From Chlorokybus atmophyticus (taxonomy: Eukaryota; Plantae; Mesostigma and Chlorokybus algae): DNA of 64,000 nucleotides. How positions within the stretch are numbered: position 1 is the stretch's first letter; each line of letters starts with the position of its first letter. The stretch lies in contig RHPI01003369.1 of the NCBI GenBank assembly GCA_009103225.1, positions 1,764,017 to 1,828,016 of the forward strand. Reading direction: 5' to 3'. A program made the position numbers and the translations under genes. Shown here piece after piece: positions 1-14,719 of the stretch. Below the pieces are notes generated by a model that ran no database searches, was not told the origin of the DNA, and saw nothing but the letters and a program-made list of their open reading frames with translations.

Positions 1-179
1 ACGCGACTACATGATGTTGCACATGCAGCCACTTGCTGTATGATCGCATCGCTTCAAGGGTGTTTACGCAAATGCACGTGCACTACCACATACGCATGCG
101 CTCGTGTATCTGTGCACTTACGCACAGAACTATTTGCAAGTGCACACACTGAGATCTGTTTCGGCCCGTGCATCCACAC

Positions 180-1729
180 TCGCCTGTTGCTGAGACTGCC
201 ACGAGGTACAAAGGCCCCCGTGCCAGGAAAACGAAAACGTGCCGGCCGGCTTTGACCCAGTGGATGGTGTCGCCCTGGTCCTGAACAAACGACATGACCG
301 CCTGCAGGACGGCGGTGAAACCTGCCAGCCTGTTTTCATCGCCATATCTGCAAAGCGACACCAGGTTGGCGTCAATGCAAGCGTGCATGCATGCGTGTGC
401 AGTTGTGGCAATAACAGGTACCACATCTGTGTCTGTGCAGATTCGAGAGCAGCCACGTGTGTGTAGATGCACATGCACATTGCATGTAAGTGTTTGCATT
501 CGTAGGAGTGTTCGCGCACGTGTGCCTATGCGTGTGCCTATGTGCTTGTTTGCATGCACGCATATGCGTTCTGGTGCGTACATGCATGTGTGCTTACACC
601 GTGCGTGCGCGTATGCGCGTGTGCATGCACGTGTGTGGGTGTGTTTACTCGTGCAGGTGTCGTACACTACCTTGAGAATATTGGTTTGCCTGCATTGCTC
701 AGCACGAACAGGTGTTTTCGTTTACGCCGCCAAGCCGGAGACGTGTCATCTTCATCCTTATACTTCTTTCCACGAGCCGCACGTGTGGAAAGCGCTCGAC
801 TTGGGTCATTGAAAACAGCTTCACTTCCCACTCCAACACTTGAATGCAACATGTTGTCTGTCTCGCTATGATGGTTCAGAGGCTCTGCAGGCTCATCCCT
901 CTTGCTGCCAACATCGTCACTATCGTTGTGGTGATTATGTTCATCTCCATCAGCTGATGTTGGCTCTTCAGGATGTGGGCTTTGGTCGTCTGATATTGAC
1001 AGTGCGTTGGCTAACGCTCGTTCCACAGAAGTCCTCTCATCATCAAAGCTGTGAGCTGAGGTTGAGGGATGCTCTGCACAACAAACAAAACTTCACGACT
1101 ACAGCTATGCTGAATATGCACGCTACGGGTGCATACTATAATATGACCTGACAGCCAGAGCTACTAAGCAAGGAGTCGACAATTACGTATAGCTTATGCA
1201 AACAAGGACACGGACACGCATGCGCGTGCACGCACATGAGCCCCTGCACGTCCATGCGTGCATGCATGCGCATAGGCACAGTTTTGGGGATGCATAACAT
1301 GCCTCTTGACAGCAAATCTAAACAGAAGACAGACACTCTAGGGTTGAGCAACTGCTCAGCAATTATGTACAGTTGAGGTTGGACGTATGAAGCTGCTACT
1401 GCACTGAGATGAGTGAAATGAACAGCCACTACGCACGCTAGGTCAAATTACAATCTGCACACTACAATCAACAACAATTAACGAGGCAATTTAAACACTG
1501 GGAAAGACGCAAGGTTATTATTAGCGGCCAAAAGCTGCTGCACGCAAAAACAAACATTGCATACCACAGGACAGCGTTTTGTATGCATGCTTTACACAAG
1601 CGCTGCCTTTCATTTGGATCGCAAAACAGCTGCATTCACGTGTGTGCGTGACTGGCTTTGGAGATAAGGCACGCACTGACCTTCAACAGCGGCGGTGTCA
1701 TCAACCTCCTCCTGCTGCTCCTCCTCCAT
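180..1729 (-). CDS. MON1: Vacuolar fusion protein MON1/SAND (Rab7 GEF subunit), 5' exons; gene continues off the left edge
   Basis: Exons about 1681-1729 (ATG, in-frame stop upstream, donor G|GTCAGT), 671-1073 and about 180-347 splice in frame to MEEEQQEEVDD...WRRKRKHLFVLSNAGKPIFSR-YGDENRLAGFTAVLQAVMSFVQDQGDTIHWVKAGRHVFVFLARGPLYLVAVS, the MON1 longin signature. Confidence 0.9.
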
Positions 1730-2051
1730 GTGGACACAAAGCCACCCACCGCCGGCCTGTCCTGCCTGCTCCGCCTCTTCCTACTCCTTCTGCTCCTCCT
1801 GCTCCTCCGACTCCTCCTTGTCCTTTTCCGCCGCCCCCACTCAAGCAAGCAGCACAAGCACAGCTACTTCGCCAACAACCGCCTCAGCGACATGCTAAGC
1901 ATGCTGCAAGCCTGCGAGGCGGCGGTGGCGGTAGCGCTGGCGATGGCGATGGGGTCGGCAAGGTGCAGACGGCGGGAAGGAGGGTAAGTGCAGGAGAAGC
2001 AGGAGGAGGAGGAGGAGAAGGTGAAGGAGAAGGAGAAGGAGGAGTAGAAGA

Positions 2052-3390
2052 GATGGCCCGCATGCGGCCTTTGATGGAGGCCTCAGCCGCAGGCAGGAAG
2101 CCGCCCCCACCTGTGTACAGAAACCCTAAACAGCTTGCGGCTCTGACTCTTGGGTCAGAAGACAAACTGTGCTTGAAGTTCATGTTTTATTCTTTCTATC
2201 CTTGCTATCCCTTGTTTTGTTTGTTTGTTTCGGTTGAAGCAGTTGTTGTGTCCTTCTTGTTTGTGCGTGTGCGTGTGAATTTGTGGTGTTTTGGTGTGTG
2301 TACTATCCTCTCTGCATGTGTCACTGTAACATCGCGGTTTACTGCAGCTTGCATGTAGAAAGCTTGACTCACATTTTGTGTGTGAGAGCATGCGCGCACG
2401 CAGTCAAACAACACTGCACTAACACCACGCTGATGTGCATCTATGAACCGAAGCAGAGTGCACGGGTGACTTGTATGCTGTGGTAACTTGTGTGTGTCGA
2501 GGTGAGCTGCATTGCATGAGAGCATGGTGTTACGGGTGGTGCACAAGTACGCACTAGCAGAAACGGGGCCAACAGTTAGCAATAGCCCGAAGCAAGTGTT
2601 GCGCGCGTGCTTGTGTGTCTTTGTGCTCTTTGTGGAGTGGTTGCTTTCGTGAGCAGGTATGCGTTCAACGCACACACACCTGCAGGCACACGTGTGCGCG
2701 TGCAAGTGCACATGCGCCCAAGCATGAGCACATGCATGTTGCACCGCGCTTTGAGACATTTGCTCGTTGTCACCACCGTTTGTTGCTACCCGTGCGGCGC
2801 CGCTTGCCGGCGAGTTTGTTGTGCAGCAAAATGGCAGTCACCTTGATTGAAGTACACATTGCATGTCGCTTCTCACTAGCAGTGGGTTGGCTTTTTTTTA
2901 TTGTTGTGTTGTTTTGTTAAAAGCGTGCTTGACCCCTTAAGTGTTTCGTTCTCTTCTTCACCAGAGCAGGCATCACCCTGGCGTTTTACTTTGCGGTGAT
3001 AACGCTGCAAGCACACGCTCACAACTTGTGGGCCAGGCCTTTGTTCCTTGTCTGCGCGGTAAACACACAGTCATCACATGGACATATATGTAACGGCGTG
3101 TCTCTATCTGCGAGTAACAACATGGAGCTGATTGACAGGTGGGGTTTATCGGTCTCATTACGCCGGTTTGCGTGTACACGGCGTCCCAGGTTGGTACAAT
3201 GCATGCGACATTGCATGACTTTTGATCCTTGATACACTTTCTCAATTGCTTACAATGTGTGTGCTTCATAATAATGTTGTTGGCTATATGCAGGACCAGT
3301 TTCATGAGCTCAACATGCTGAGACCAAGCCACTACTGGTCTGTGTGCAAGCGGTGCTTCCGTGCGATGCGCGACAACAACTGGAAGGTAC
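2052..3390 (+). CDS. Hypothetical protein, divergent from MON1 (exon model uncertain)
   Basis: Exon-like segments with GT/AG borders (MARMRPLMEAS...RNPKQLAALTLG; AGITLAFYFA; DQFHELNMLRPSHYWSVCKRCFRAMRDNNWK); no family recognised. Confidence 0.3.
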
Positions 3391-3854
3391 GTGCGTGAAT
3401 GTGTACATGCGGGTTGTAACTCTGCAATGCAGTGCAGTGAGTCGAGTTGTCACATCTGTGCAAGCTCAGCTGAAGCTTGGTGTGTCTTTTGCTTTCGCCT
3501 TATGCAACTATTGCAAGTTTAGCTTGCATAATGTGATATTGTCAGTGATGGTGCCGTGTTGTTCTGCAAGTGTTGTGGGCACCTTTGTGTGTGCGGTTGC
3601 ACGTTTGGGTGCAAAAGTGGCAGGTACATGTGCTAACGCGAGTCATGATGTTGTTCTGGTTGTGCTGAACTTCTGCGCATCTTTGTGTGTGTGTGTGTGC
3701 GTATGCACATTCGGGTACATGCGTGTGTTGCCCAGGGTGGGATGCGTGTGCGCGGGCGTGTACAGTTACGAACAGATATGGACCTGATTTAGGCACTTGA
3801 AGGCTTTGCACTCGACCAAAGGGTCGTTGACTGACAGTGCCTTCTCTGTGATGT

Positions 3855-3924
3855 GCGTTCCCAGATAACTGACAAGGACCTTTGATGGGCGTTCCCAGAT
3901 AACTGACAAGGACCTTTGATGGGC
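3855..3924. repeat. 34-bp tandem duplication
   Basis: gcgttcccagataactgacaaggacctttgatgg occurs twice in tandem. Confidence 0.85.
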
Positions 3925-4675
3925 AAGCTCAAGGTGTATTGAGGGAATGCTGCAAGCGCACTGCAAGTAACTCTATACCCGCATTCAGCTGAGGTGTTGT
4001 TTAGTGCTTTCATCCCATGTCAAGTTGTCACACACAACCAACTTCAAACCAGGGATCTGTGCGCTGAGAGTTTAGTGTGCAAGGTTACAATCTATATTTT
4101 TTCAATGATATTAACTTGCTGGTGACCAGACCTTACTCCTGCAGTGTCCTTCCAGTGCATGTGCTGCCATGGGTGTTAACAATCAGCACTTACTCTCCAT
4201 ATAAGGTAAATGCCATGCTACCTTCAGCACTTTGCCCTGGTAACGTGTTCTGATTGCACGATTTCTAGGCTGACATCATCAACAATGTAGTGTGGACATG
4301 ATGGCCATGCAACGTGTACAAAGAATGCAATGCGGCGTCTGCAATGAGCACATGGTGCCTCACACACGCTCAACATGCCTTCCGTTGTACTCCTTTCTGT
4401 CATCAGAATCGCAATACATGGTGACAGCACGCCATTAAGCACACTGCAAATGTACATGAAACATCTTGTTGCCGACCACTCTAACTAACAAGCAACAATT
4501 ATGACCATCTCATCTGTCTCTTTTCGCGTCGGCGAAACAGAATGCAATTGCCATGATCGGCTTATTTACACAACGCATGCTATTGTGCCAAATGGCAGGC
4601 TACAACTCAAGACACGACGTTTAGTGCAAACCAGTAGTATGGGACAGGCGAATTGCGCCCATCATTTGTCAATAC

Positions 4676-7600
4676 CTATGTGCAAGCAAACACGTTGAAC
4701 AACTCAGCGGCACGAGTGGCATTGATCATGCCGTAGCCCGTGGCGTAGTCCCAACCTCTATCAAATTGAGGGGTTCGAGGGTCATCCTGCAAGCACACAC
4801 TTTGATTAGTATGTTCATACAACTGTAGAACTCCATGTGTCCAGGGACACGCTGCATGCTGTGTTGTGCAGTTGCATACAAACCAATCATGGTCACCATA
4901 TCATCTGTTGTGCTGAAAAGAGCGTTGACCACAGTGTCAGCGCTGAGGCCGCGCTGGGAAGTGCCGAATAGTAGCGCAGCCACAGCAGCAGCATTGGGCG
5001 CGGCTGCGCTGGTTCCAAAAAACTCTGGCTGGAGGTTGCCATTGGTGTCGGATCCATGGGGATACGGCGGGAAGAAGGTAGTGTCAATCTACAACATGCG
5101 CGTGTAACGTGTTAGCACTACAACAGTGCTGTGCATGCGTATGGACATTTCAATGAATGTGTCACAACGCACCCCGTCCACTGCCATGATGAGATTCTTC
5201 ACCAATTGTTGCTGGGGTAATCTCATCCCGGTTTCTGCTCAATCAAAAGCAAACACCCATTAGCAAGTTTGAGAGGTTGACTGGGCTATCCCAATGCATG
5301 ACACAGACCTGTGAATAGCAGAGGCGTGCCAACCGGTGATGAGTACGACTCTTGCTCGCTAGTCTGTCCCGTGTATGCACTGCAAGATGCAAGTTGCAAA
5401 CTGGTTGCTTGAACCCAACTGCCGTTGATTGCCAACTGACAATTACTACAACACAATGAGTGCATGCAAGCTTACCGTGTATCGCGGTAGTTTGCTGCAC
5501 CGACTGCTACGCTGCCCGTGGTAGCAGCATGACCAAAGCAAGTGGAGCTGCTTGCAACAACAGGTGAGGGTCAGAAGAGGCAGAGCCGAGTCCACAACAA
5601 CTGGAGGTATTCTTATTGCATGTGTGTGGGCGCATGACATGACATGACACAGCGATCCATGACAGCAAGCAGCTAATCAGCAACAGGAAAACTGTTCCAA
5701 AGACTGCCACAAGGCTGCAAGTGTGCGCACCTGTTGGTGAGAAAGTTCAAGGGACCCGTCCGATCATCTGACGTAAAGACAACATACTTGATGACACCAG
5801 GCTTGTCTCCAGCGACCCACTCTGCATGCATTAATAATTTCTCAGAATGTCGCTGAGCATGCTGCACAGCAACAGCATGAGATAACCGCTTACCAATGCT
5901 CAGCGAGGCAGCCTCGGGAAAGTTTGTCGGGTTGTACACTGCAAGGATCTCGTAAGCATCTCCGCCAATATTGCGTGTATCGCCAAAGCTAAAGATCTGA
6001 AGATCGCTATTTTTCGGAAGCGTAATGCTGATGTCCACATCAGTGCGGGAGCCCGGAGGGCCGCTGACAGAGTAGAAAGGCGAATCCCAGTTGAGAACAA
6101 CCGATGTGACACCCAAGCCGAAGCGAAACTGCTGCTGGGTGATGGGGCGACTGGTTGGTCCTGGCTCGGTGCCGAACTGATGAAGCTTTGTGCCTTTATG
6201 GCTGCCCTGAATGCCGCTGTCCACAAACACTGATGGAGCAAGCACATGTTAGCTCAAAGGTTGCCCATACATGAGAGCAGGACATGACTGGCAGCACATG
6301 CAGCACGGCAAAGCACTGCTGTACCTGAACGGTAGGACTTGAAGCCATTGTTACCTGAGTAACGCAAGTGAAATGTTAGACAGCAGGCGCAGCTTTCAAT
6401 TTATCCACACATGTGAAAGACGGGAGAATTGGAGTGATGTGATGGCAGAGTACTCAGCTACCAACAGTAATGCTGACCAGAAGCAGAGAAGTATGCAACT
6501 CCGCGCGCCCGGACACTGTTGACTGCTTGGGCGACAATCCCATTCTGTCACATAGAAGTTGGTAAGCCGCACGAGCTGCTGACATAAGCCACTCAGCTGT
6601 ATGGTAGCATGGCTAACCTGAAACATTGGCTCATCCAAGTACTGAATATCGTCACATATGACGCGGCACCCACTGCGTGCGAGTGCGAGGATGCCATTGG
6701 CGTAGTCGGCTTCACTTTGGTAAGCAGTATAGAAGGCAAGGTCCGCGTCAGGAGCAACGCTATGCACAAGTTGCGCCATTGCGCGACCTTCATCCAGAGT
6801 TCCTGCTCAACCACATCAAGGATAACCTCAATACACAATCAGGTCGGTGCATGTCTAACGATGAAGGGACAATTGATGGTTCGCACCTTGACCAAGGAAG
6901 TCACTTAGGACGTCGACATTGGTAGGTAAAGCGTTTGACTCTATGTCAAGGGCATATCCTCCCAAGCTGTCACAGTCAATATGTCAGCGCCTCCATCCCT
7001 CCTGGTACCGCATCAACAACAGCGCCGCAGACGTGGTCTTGCACCAGGTGTCACACGGTCGTTCATGACAGCCCACAGTCAACCGCAGCGGTGCAACATG
7101 CTAACTTGCTGCCGCACTGTTTTCAAACCAGTTGGCGGGCATTGATGTGCAGCTAATTGAGTGCAAGAGTCCAAGCTAGTAGTTGCATGAAATTCAGTAC
7201 TCGGTGCAGAGACAAGAAGTTTACACACTCTACCTGTCAAAAGAATCAGACAGCATGCCCACTTTCACTGGGCGCTTCCAGCTGCCTTGCAGCTTGAGAG
7301 GCACATACAACGACCTGCATGCTTGCCTGCTTTGCTGTGAACAGGAAGTGACAAGTCGATACTATGGCCATACACAGAGAAGTTGCCACGCTCTGTAGCA
7401 GCATGATAACAACAGCCCTGCCTGCCTGCATGCACGTACCTGGTGTGCAACAAGCACACTTTCGCGAATTAATTGCAAGTTCTTGCAGTCCTTCAGCTGT
7501 GCAGCACCAAGCAGTACTGTCAGCAACATGTCATGTCTGTACACTGGCTGCGTTCAGTCTCCTCCGTGTCAAGGCCAGCGGGTGTTGTCATGCCAGCACA

Positions 7601-8193
7601 ACACCATGCCCGTATGCGTCAACCCAACTTCTACCCTACCCTTCTACCCAACTTCCAGTTGTGCAGTTGGGTAACTGTGGTTGCCAGGCCACCACAAGAG
7701 TGAACACACAGCAGCTTGCGCATTTCATGCTACCTTCTCAACTGAAGGGATAGGCAGCCAGCCGGAGACAGTAAGCCCTATGTGGGCAATCTGCACTGCC
7801 CCCAGCGCCTCCAACTCAGCCACAAGGTCCTCTGTCTGACAGCCTTCCGCAGTAGCTGGACACACAGATTGACAACCGCTTACCACACATAACTTTATTA
7901 GGCTGCTACTATGACCAGACACTTGGTATGGTTGAGCAGGGACTGCAAAGGTGCTAGTAACAAGCTGCTGGCAACACCCCTGACCGACCTGCATGAAAGC
8001 GCACAAAGTTGTTGAGGATGTGAGTTGTGAGCTGGGTTGTGGCAATGGATTTGAGCTGTCCGGACTTGTGCTTGGCCAGCAGCGTCGTTAGGCCGGAGCT
8101 CACTGACGGCTGTGCGGAAGCAGCGGAGCACAGCAGCGCGAGCAAAGCTACCAACAGCAGCAAGCATGCAGCTTTCCTTGATGGTGGTGCCAT
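4676..8193 (-). CDS. Secreted S8/S53-like (sedolisin-like) serine peptidase, multi-exon
   Basis: Signal peptide MAPPSRKAACLLLLVALLALLCSAASA; motifs VKVGMLSDSFD, DEGRAMAQLVHSVAPDADLAFYTA, CDDIQYLDEPMFQ, YFSASGNNG, VAVGAANY, FFGTSAAAPNAAAVAALL and WDYATGYGMINA lie in order across spliceable exons. Confidence 0.85.
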
Positions 8194-8939
8194 GTCTGCT
8201 GCTTCAATGCCCCGGCGCAAGTTGCAGCCACTTACACCTGCATGCATACAAAAAGAAGGAGAGTTAATAACGCATAAAAGCTGGTAGCATACATTCAATT
8301 GTGCGGTGGTAGTGCTTTACTGTGTATGCAGCAGCTTTACCACAGCCCAACACAGTGAAGACCACAAGACGAACAAGACACAGTTGCGGGATCGCTTAGA
8401 CCAAGACTTTGCAGTAGCTCAATTACTAATTTGTTGCTGACTCGCAAGCGTAAAAGAAAGTTGATGTGACAGCAGCTTGTCCAGTGAGTGATGCTTTGCA
8501 AAGCTGCATGCAATCGACGGCGACAGTGAACCTTACGCAAATCCATGCTTCGTACTCTCTTGCGTGTCGCTCTGTGGGCCGGCGGCGGCTGTGCATTTGC
8601 TGCTTGCTTGACTGCGTATGTGCAAGCAAAAGCGCACTGCGTGCTGAAGGGCAAACACTTAGGTGGTGTGGAGGGTAGGGGGTCGTGTACGGGGTACTGC
8701 AGGGGCACCCGTGCCCGTTTCGTCTTCTTCGAGGGAGATACCGCCACCACCGCCGCTGCTGTCCCTTGACAACCACGCCACCACCCTTCACCACTCACTG
8801 CAAGCCTAACAGCACAAGGCGACAGGGCGCCACGCCATGGCGGCAAAGTGCTGCAACCCACGCCTCTAGAGGAGAGATCATGTAGGCCTATGTAGGGCCT
8901 TTTACCACGCTATCAAGGCAGGTGCTTTTAGCTTTACAG

Positions 8940-11900
8940 GCTGTGCAACGACGTGTGCATAACGCAGCATCGATTGGATCCTTATGTCGAGTTGAGGTGT
9001 CAGTAAAGGGCCGAGGTGGCCGTATAAGCATCCCAGGTTTGTCATTATTGCGGTGCGTCCATGCGCTGCGGCGCGTTGCTGCATTTACGCTATTGGTTGC
9101 AAAAGGTCATGTCACATGGGCACATGTTGCACGTGCGAACCAATGTGTGCATGCTGCATGATCACACCGCCTCACCAATCGGTAGAGCTTGGCCACATTT
9201 GAACATGCATGACAGTAAGGTATCCGTTTGGAGCTAAAGTTGAGGCCGACATTGTACACAGCGCATGTGACTTGGTTTTTGCTTTCGCTACACTCTCCGT
9301 CTTTCACTACATGCTTCGGCAAGTCGCAATGCCTCCTGATGTTGCCCCTCACAATAAAGCCAGGTGCGTAGCGTCCCAAAAAGGGCTCCCTTTGAATGAG
9401 ACTTGACAAGCCACGAACACGATGCCAGGCACGTGTAAGGTACGCACCTAAAGAACAGGTTGATCACGCTATAGTCTTGTATGCAGAGTATGCTTTTAAC
9501 AAGTCGCGTCGCCTTGGGTCACGCAGTATATCGCATCTGCGTGACGCGTGATGTGGCGGGAAATGCCTACCTGACAGTGCTGCGGCGGAGGAGATGGTGG
9601 ACGAGGAGGAGCAGGAGGAGGAGGTTAGATGGGTCTTGGACCACTCTCGGCAAGCTGCGGAGTGGGTGTTGTGACAAAAATTGCGCGTGGAAACAGCACA
9701 GGCATCAGCTGAGAATGGCCTCTGCGGAGGACCAGCTGCCGGAAGCTGTGGCGGATGTCGTTGCTGAGGTCAGGGCTTAGATCTCAATGTGATTGTAGCA
9801 CCTGCACATGTTGAGAGTGTTGCTATCAGCACTTGCTTGCTTATTTGAGCGGTACAGCACGAGTGAGTTGACAGCTACTTTGCTGCTTGAGCATGCAGCA
9901 GGCAAAGGCTGCAGCCATGTGGTCGCTGCTCGGCTTCACAGGTTGCTCAACAACTTTTGCATATTGCGTTAGCCCGGTTCAGATGTCTGTAATCACATAA
10001 CCCAGCAGCTTTTTTCGTAGCTGTGTGCATGCAGCAAACTGACCAGCGTCTCTTTGTGGCCGTGGCATATAATGCACACTTTCTTGGCTTGAAAGCTTCA
10101 TGCCAGTGACACCCATACGTGCAACCATGCCTGCGCAGGTGGATAGGTATGTGCACACCCTGCTCGCTGCTACATCCAATGGCACGGACTCTGCTGGCGC
10201 AATTGCCGGCTGCGAGGTAGGCTGCATTGGTAGGCAGCATACAGCAAGTTGCAACCCACCACCTGTCACCTTTCACGCAAACGTGTGGAAGCTGCTTAGT
10301 GGCAAGCTTGAACTGAGCGTTGCAAGCTGCTGCAGTGACAGTAAAACAGAAACGGTGAAACGCTTCAAGTGCTGTTGTGGTTTGGCCAAGCCTTCTTCCA
10401 GAGTGCAAGCTTGGCAGCACTCAGTCGAGTACCACAGTGCTTGTGCAATTGCCACTGCAAGTATGCTATTGGTTGCGCCCGCAGCTTTTTGCTGCTAATA
10501 GATTACAATCGCTGCTCTTAAGTATAAATTGCTGTTAATTTGGCAATATAAGACTGCCAGCAAAGATATGACGACCGTTGTGCAGACAACAATGCACAAC
10601 GAGCGAGTGTCTTTGCAGCACCCAGCTCATACGCACCCCAGGATGGATGATGCAGAGGCAGAACCAGCTGGCACGCCAGCTTCTGTCGCTCTATCTACGC
10701 CAATGGAGCTGGCAAACACACCCACGCCAATCCCGCCAACAGTTATGACAACAACCACGCCGACCCCACCCATGCCCACACTTGCACAGCTCGCAGCCTC
10801 TCCAACACCCTTTCCCAAAGCAAGAAGTCAGGCAGATCTCGCTGAGCCGCGACGGCAAAGCTTGCGGCTGTCGGCGACGAAGGTGTTTCATCAGACGCAA
10901 CGTGCAGCACTGGAAGAGTCTCGCAGTCAGATGACACTACACGACATCAGAGACCAGTCTCAGGGTGAATCATCCATGGCAAGTGCACACTGCAGGTTAT
11001 GACACAGTTGCCATGCAATTGCTATCGCGTAAGCATGTAAACCTGCCTCGCAACAAGCTCTTAAGATCAATTGCGTGTAGAGTGGAAGCTCTGGATTGGA
11101 GATCGCTACCGCGCATGGAAGTCAGATAGTGGTTGCTCATGGAGATTGGTATGTTGATACTTGAGTTTGCTGTGACTGTGCTGTTGCACGCGCGAACAGC
11201 ACAGACACAACTGTGCTATGCGTGATGCAGGCAAAAAGGGTACCAACCAAGAAAGTCTGCTGACATCCCGCGCTCCATCACAAAGCGGCTATTTGCGGCT
11301 GGCTGCAGCATGCCAATTGCTAACAGTGCATACATCGAAGCCCACAGAGCGTGAGTTGAAGCATAACAGCTGTTCTGCCTGCTTGCATGTACTGCTGTCA
11401 GCTAGCACTTGCTACCTTGCAAGTGGCTTGTGGCAGTTGTGTGCCCAATGCTGACATGGACGTCCTTGGTACCAATCCACCGACTGACCTCATGAATGCG
11501 CTGTGTAGTGTGCAGGTGTTTCTCAAGCAGTTGGGTAAAGACTTGGCAGCGCTTTCAAGTTCAAAGCGCCATGCGATTAATGTATGTGACTGTGACATAT
11601 CTTCATCACTTGATATAACTGCTTCGCAGTACTTGCTTGCAACAAACTGTACAGCGACACTGTGTTGTGGAGGGGTACCCAACTGTGGGCTGTGGTGTGT
11701 AATCTCTCAGATGAGCGATGTTGAGACTCAGATGAGGCAACAGCAGTTTGTAAGCGATCGGGTTTCTGTTGCAGACTTGGCTCGCAAGCACTTGCCAAAA
11801 GAGGTGCGGAAGCTGTGCATGACTTATGGTGTATGACTAAAGGAGCTAGCAAGTGATACAGCCAATAAGGTCTTGCAATGATGATGTACGATGTATTATG

Positions 11901-12590
11901 TCAACATGTGTGTCAACCAGGTGTTGGATGCATTTCTGCCTAAGACGCTGCCGGTGCGCAAACGGTCCAAGAGGTGACTGGAGATGATGGGAGGTGCGCG
12001 CATGCGCAAGCGTGCGTACGTGTTAGATGGTGACTCATTAACATGTGTGATAGACGCCACTGTTGGCGGTTGTGGCAGTATTGTAGGACAGTCTGGTGTG
12101 TTGCTGAGCTGTGTGTGCGGTAGGTGATGCGCTTACACTCGGAACAACTGGCATTGTGTTGTACCCTGTACACTTCGATAGTAGTGTGAAGTTCAGTGTA
12201 GGAAATCTTGCGCAGCTACCGTAATGTATCATCACATGCTGTGCTCAGCTATTACAGGGACTGTGGTTTGCGCGTTGAGTATGTGTAACCAACTATGTAC
12301 GTCACAAAGCAATGCAAGGCGGCTGTATTGCCCTTGCATGCTATAACACCATTTGGGCACCAACCAGCATGCGTACTTTTTCACTGGTGCACATCGTACA
12401 ACATGCTTGTTGAGGTTGCTAGCTGATGCTTGTGTTGCCAAGGCAGGTATTGAGGCGGCCTGCCCATCAACACCACGTATGTACAAAGCGCCCGCACACC
12501 GCGACTCATCATCTCTGCTCAACCCTCACCTGGAGAATTCAGCAGAGATGGCTGCCGCACAGCTAGTCAGGTGCTGCCATTGTTGCAATG
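8940..12590 (+). CDS. Hypothetical multi-exon protein with coiled-coil and Pro/Thr-rich parts
   Basis: Several AG/GT-bounded open exons (EEMVDEEEQEEEVRWVLDHSRQAA; RHQLRMASAEDQLPEAVADVVAE; VFLKQLGKDLAALSSSKRHAIN; MSDVETQMRQQQFVSDRVSVADLARKHLPKE); ends uncertain, no family recognised. Confidence 0.4.
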
Positions 12591-12740
12591 TGCCTGAGCA
12601 CTGAGCACCTTTCCTAACCAACACGCAGTACAAAAAGCTCAAAGTCCCAACTCACCACTGCGTTATGTACACATGGACGAGTACCCTCTGCTTGGTATCC
12701 GACTGCATAATCAAAGTCAACTTGCAACCAAGAACCTGCT

Positions 12741-14669
12741 CTAAGGCTTGAAGTTGTAGAGATGTTCTGAGCCTACAGGGTGCTCGGCTACCAGTTTCGT
12801 GGAAACATCGGCGCCAATGGGTATATTCTGGGGCAGTGAGTCTTGCGTCCAGACATGTTCAGGCCACACAGGCAGTATCCTGACCAGCCTGGATATGGTG
12901 AAGCCAACGGGGTTGAAGAGAAGGAGGGCCACAAGCGTCTTTACATAGTAGTCCACCACAGCGCGCGGGACAGCTTTGGAGTTCCTGCCATAAATGGCCC
13001 CAATGCCAAAGAAAGCAGCGGCCGCGAGAGCAACGCTTACAATTGCGTGAAGGAGCCTCCTCCAGATAGGGAAATATACCTCTCCTCGGCGCCACCACGG
13101 GGCGTCCAAAGGCCTGTAATAAACATATCTGCGCCAGTATTCCAGTAAGAAGAACAGCCAAGGGAATACTGCGATGGCCGATAAAGCATTGTTGAGGCTG
13201 CCATGGCGATCAATAAAGGGGTCGCTGCAGTAACGCCGCTCGCCGGCTAACCACCTTGATGGGACTACAAAGTCTTCAGATTTGACAAAATATGCCATCA
13301 ACTCCAACCCAACCATAATTGCCGTCAACACGCCCGCCAGCAAAACGTACACGAAAATGGTCATTCGTTGAAGCTGCACACACATGCACACATCAGTGTT
13401 GAACAACTGCCTGAACACATACAGCAATTCTGACTGATGGATGGGATTTAGGACTGAAACCAAAGCCTCTTTTGTCATACTGTGCAGCATGCATTATGAC
13501 GCACTAGTGCAGTATCCATTTGCGCAATGACGCACGCAACAGCACGCTCACACACATGAGCACACGCTTGCACACACGCACACACGTGCAAGCAAGCACG
13601 CACACGTGCACCCCTGCACATATACTTGCATCCTCTACACATACGCATGCGCGTACCCATGCAAGCGCATAAACACAGCCACTCGCCCACGCACCCACCC
13701 AGCCCCGCACATGTACACGTGGAACACATGAAAAGCTGAACAAATTCTCACCTTTGGGGCGAGGAAGATCATCGCTCTTTCGATCCACAAAAACAGCATG
13801 AGGTCAAAGATGCCCAGCAGCCAGCCGATAAAAACCTGGTCGGGAAAATGCAGCCCGAGATACGAGCGCGACACGCCAACGGCAGCAACTAGGCCCAAAG
13901 CTCCCACCCAATTAAGCACAAATAAAGGTATCCTTAAAGCCAGGGTGTGATGCTTCATCCATCTGCTGTGTGTCACGTGCAATGCACACAAGCAAAAAAA
14001 AGCCATAGACGCCTCTGAATGTCCCGAAGGCCTCCCAAAAATAGAATTGCAGCTAGAAAAGATTACGGGGTACAGCCATGCAGGCCGCGGCTCCGTGTAT
14101 AAAGTCCGCACAAAGTTGTTGGTGAATATACTTAGGAACAGCATCATTGCAAAGCGCAGCCCCAACTTCACCGAGAAGCCGAAGAGCATGATGGCTATGA
14201 TGATACCCAACCTGTCATGTGCAGCGTGTATGTTACTCAGCATGTATGATATTTGTTGATCAATTCACACGTTGTTGTCATGCATCAATGTGCAGGGCAC
14301 CACGACAAGGGGGGTAGATTGTCTGTAATTGACGCTGCCAAAAATCTGCATGCAATACTGGTGTGGCTCATGCAGCGCAGAGAGTACATAAATATGTTGT
14401 GAAACACTGCTGACACACAATATGAATGCAACACGAGACTCTGTTTCACTGTTGAAAGCTCATGCTGGTTGCATGGTCATAACATTACTACGCAGACATG
14501 TGCATGCGCATGTGCACATGCATCAACGCACGCATGCACGCGCGCCCACCCATATCCCGAGCCACCCACCAACAAATACACCCCCAAGCTCCCACCCACA
14601 CACGCAGGTGGGTGCTCATGCAAATATGCGTGCACGCGTGTGGTTGGTTGGTTGGTTGTGTATGTGTGC

Positions 14670-14719
<50 letters not shown>

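Noticed and set aside
1579-2358. 259-aa Pro/Gly-rich ORF
   Set aside because: Overlaps MON1 exon 1 and its GA-rich 5' region on the other strand; at most the 3' part may be coding.
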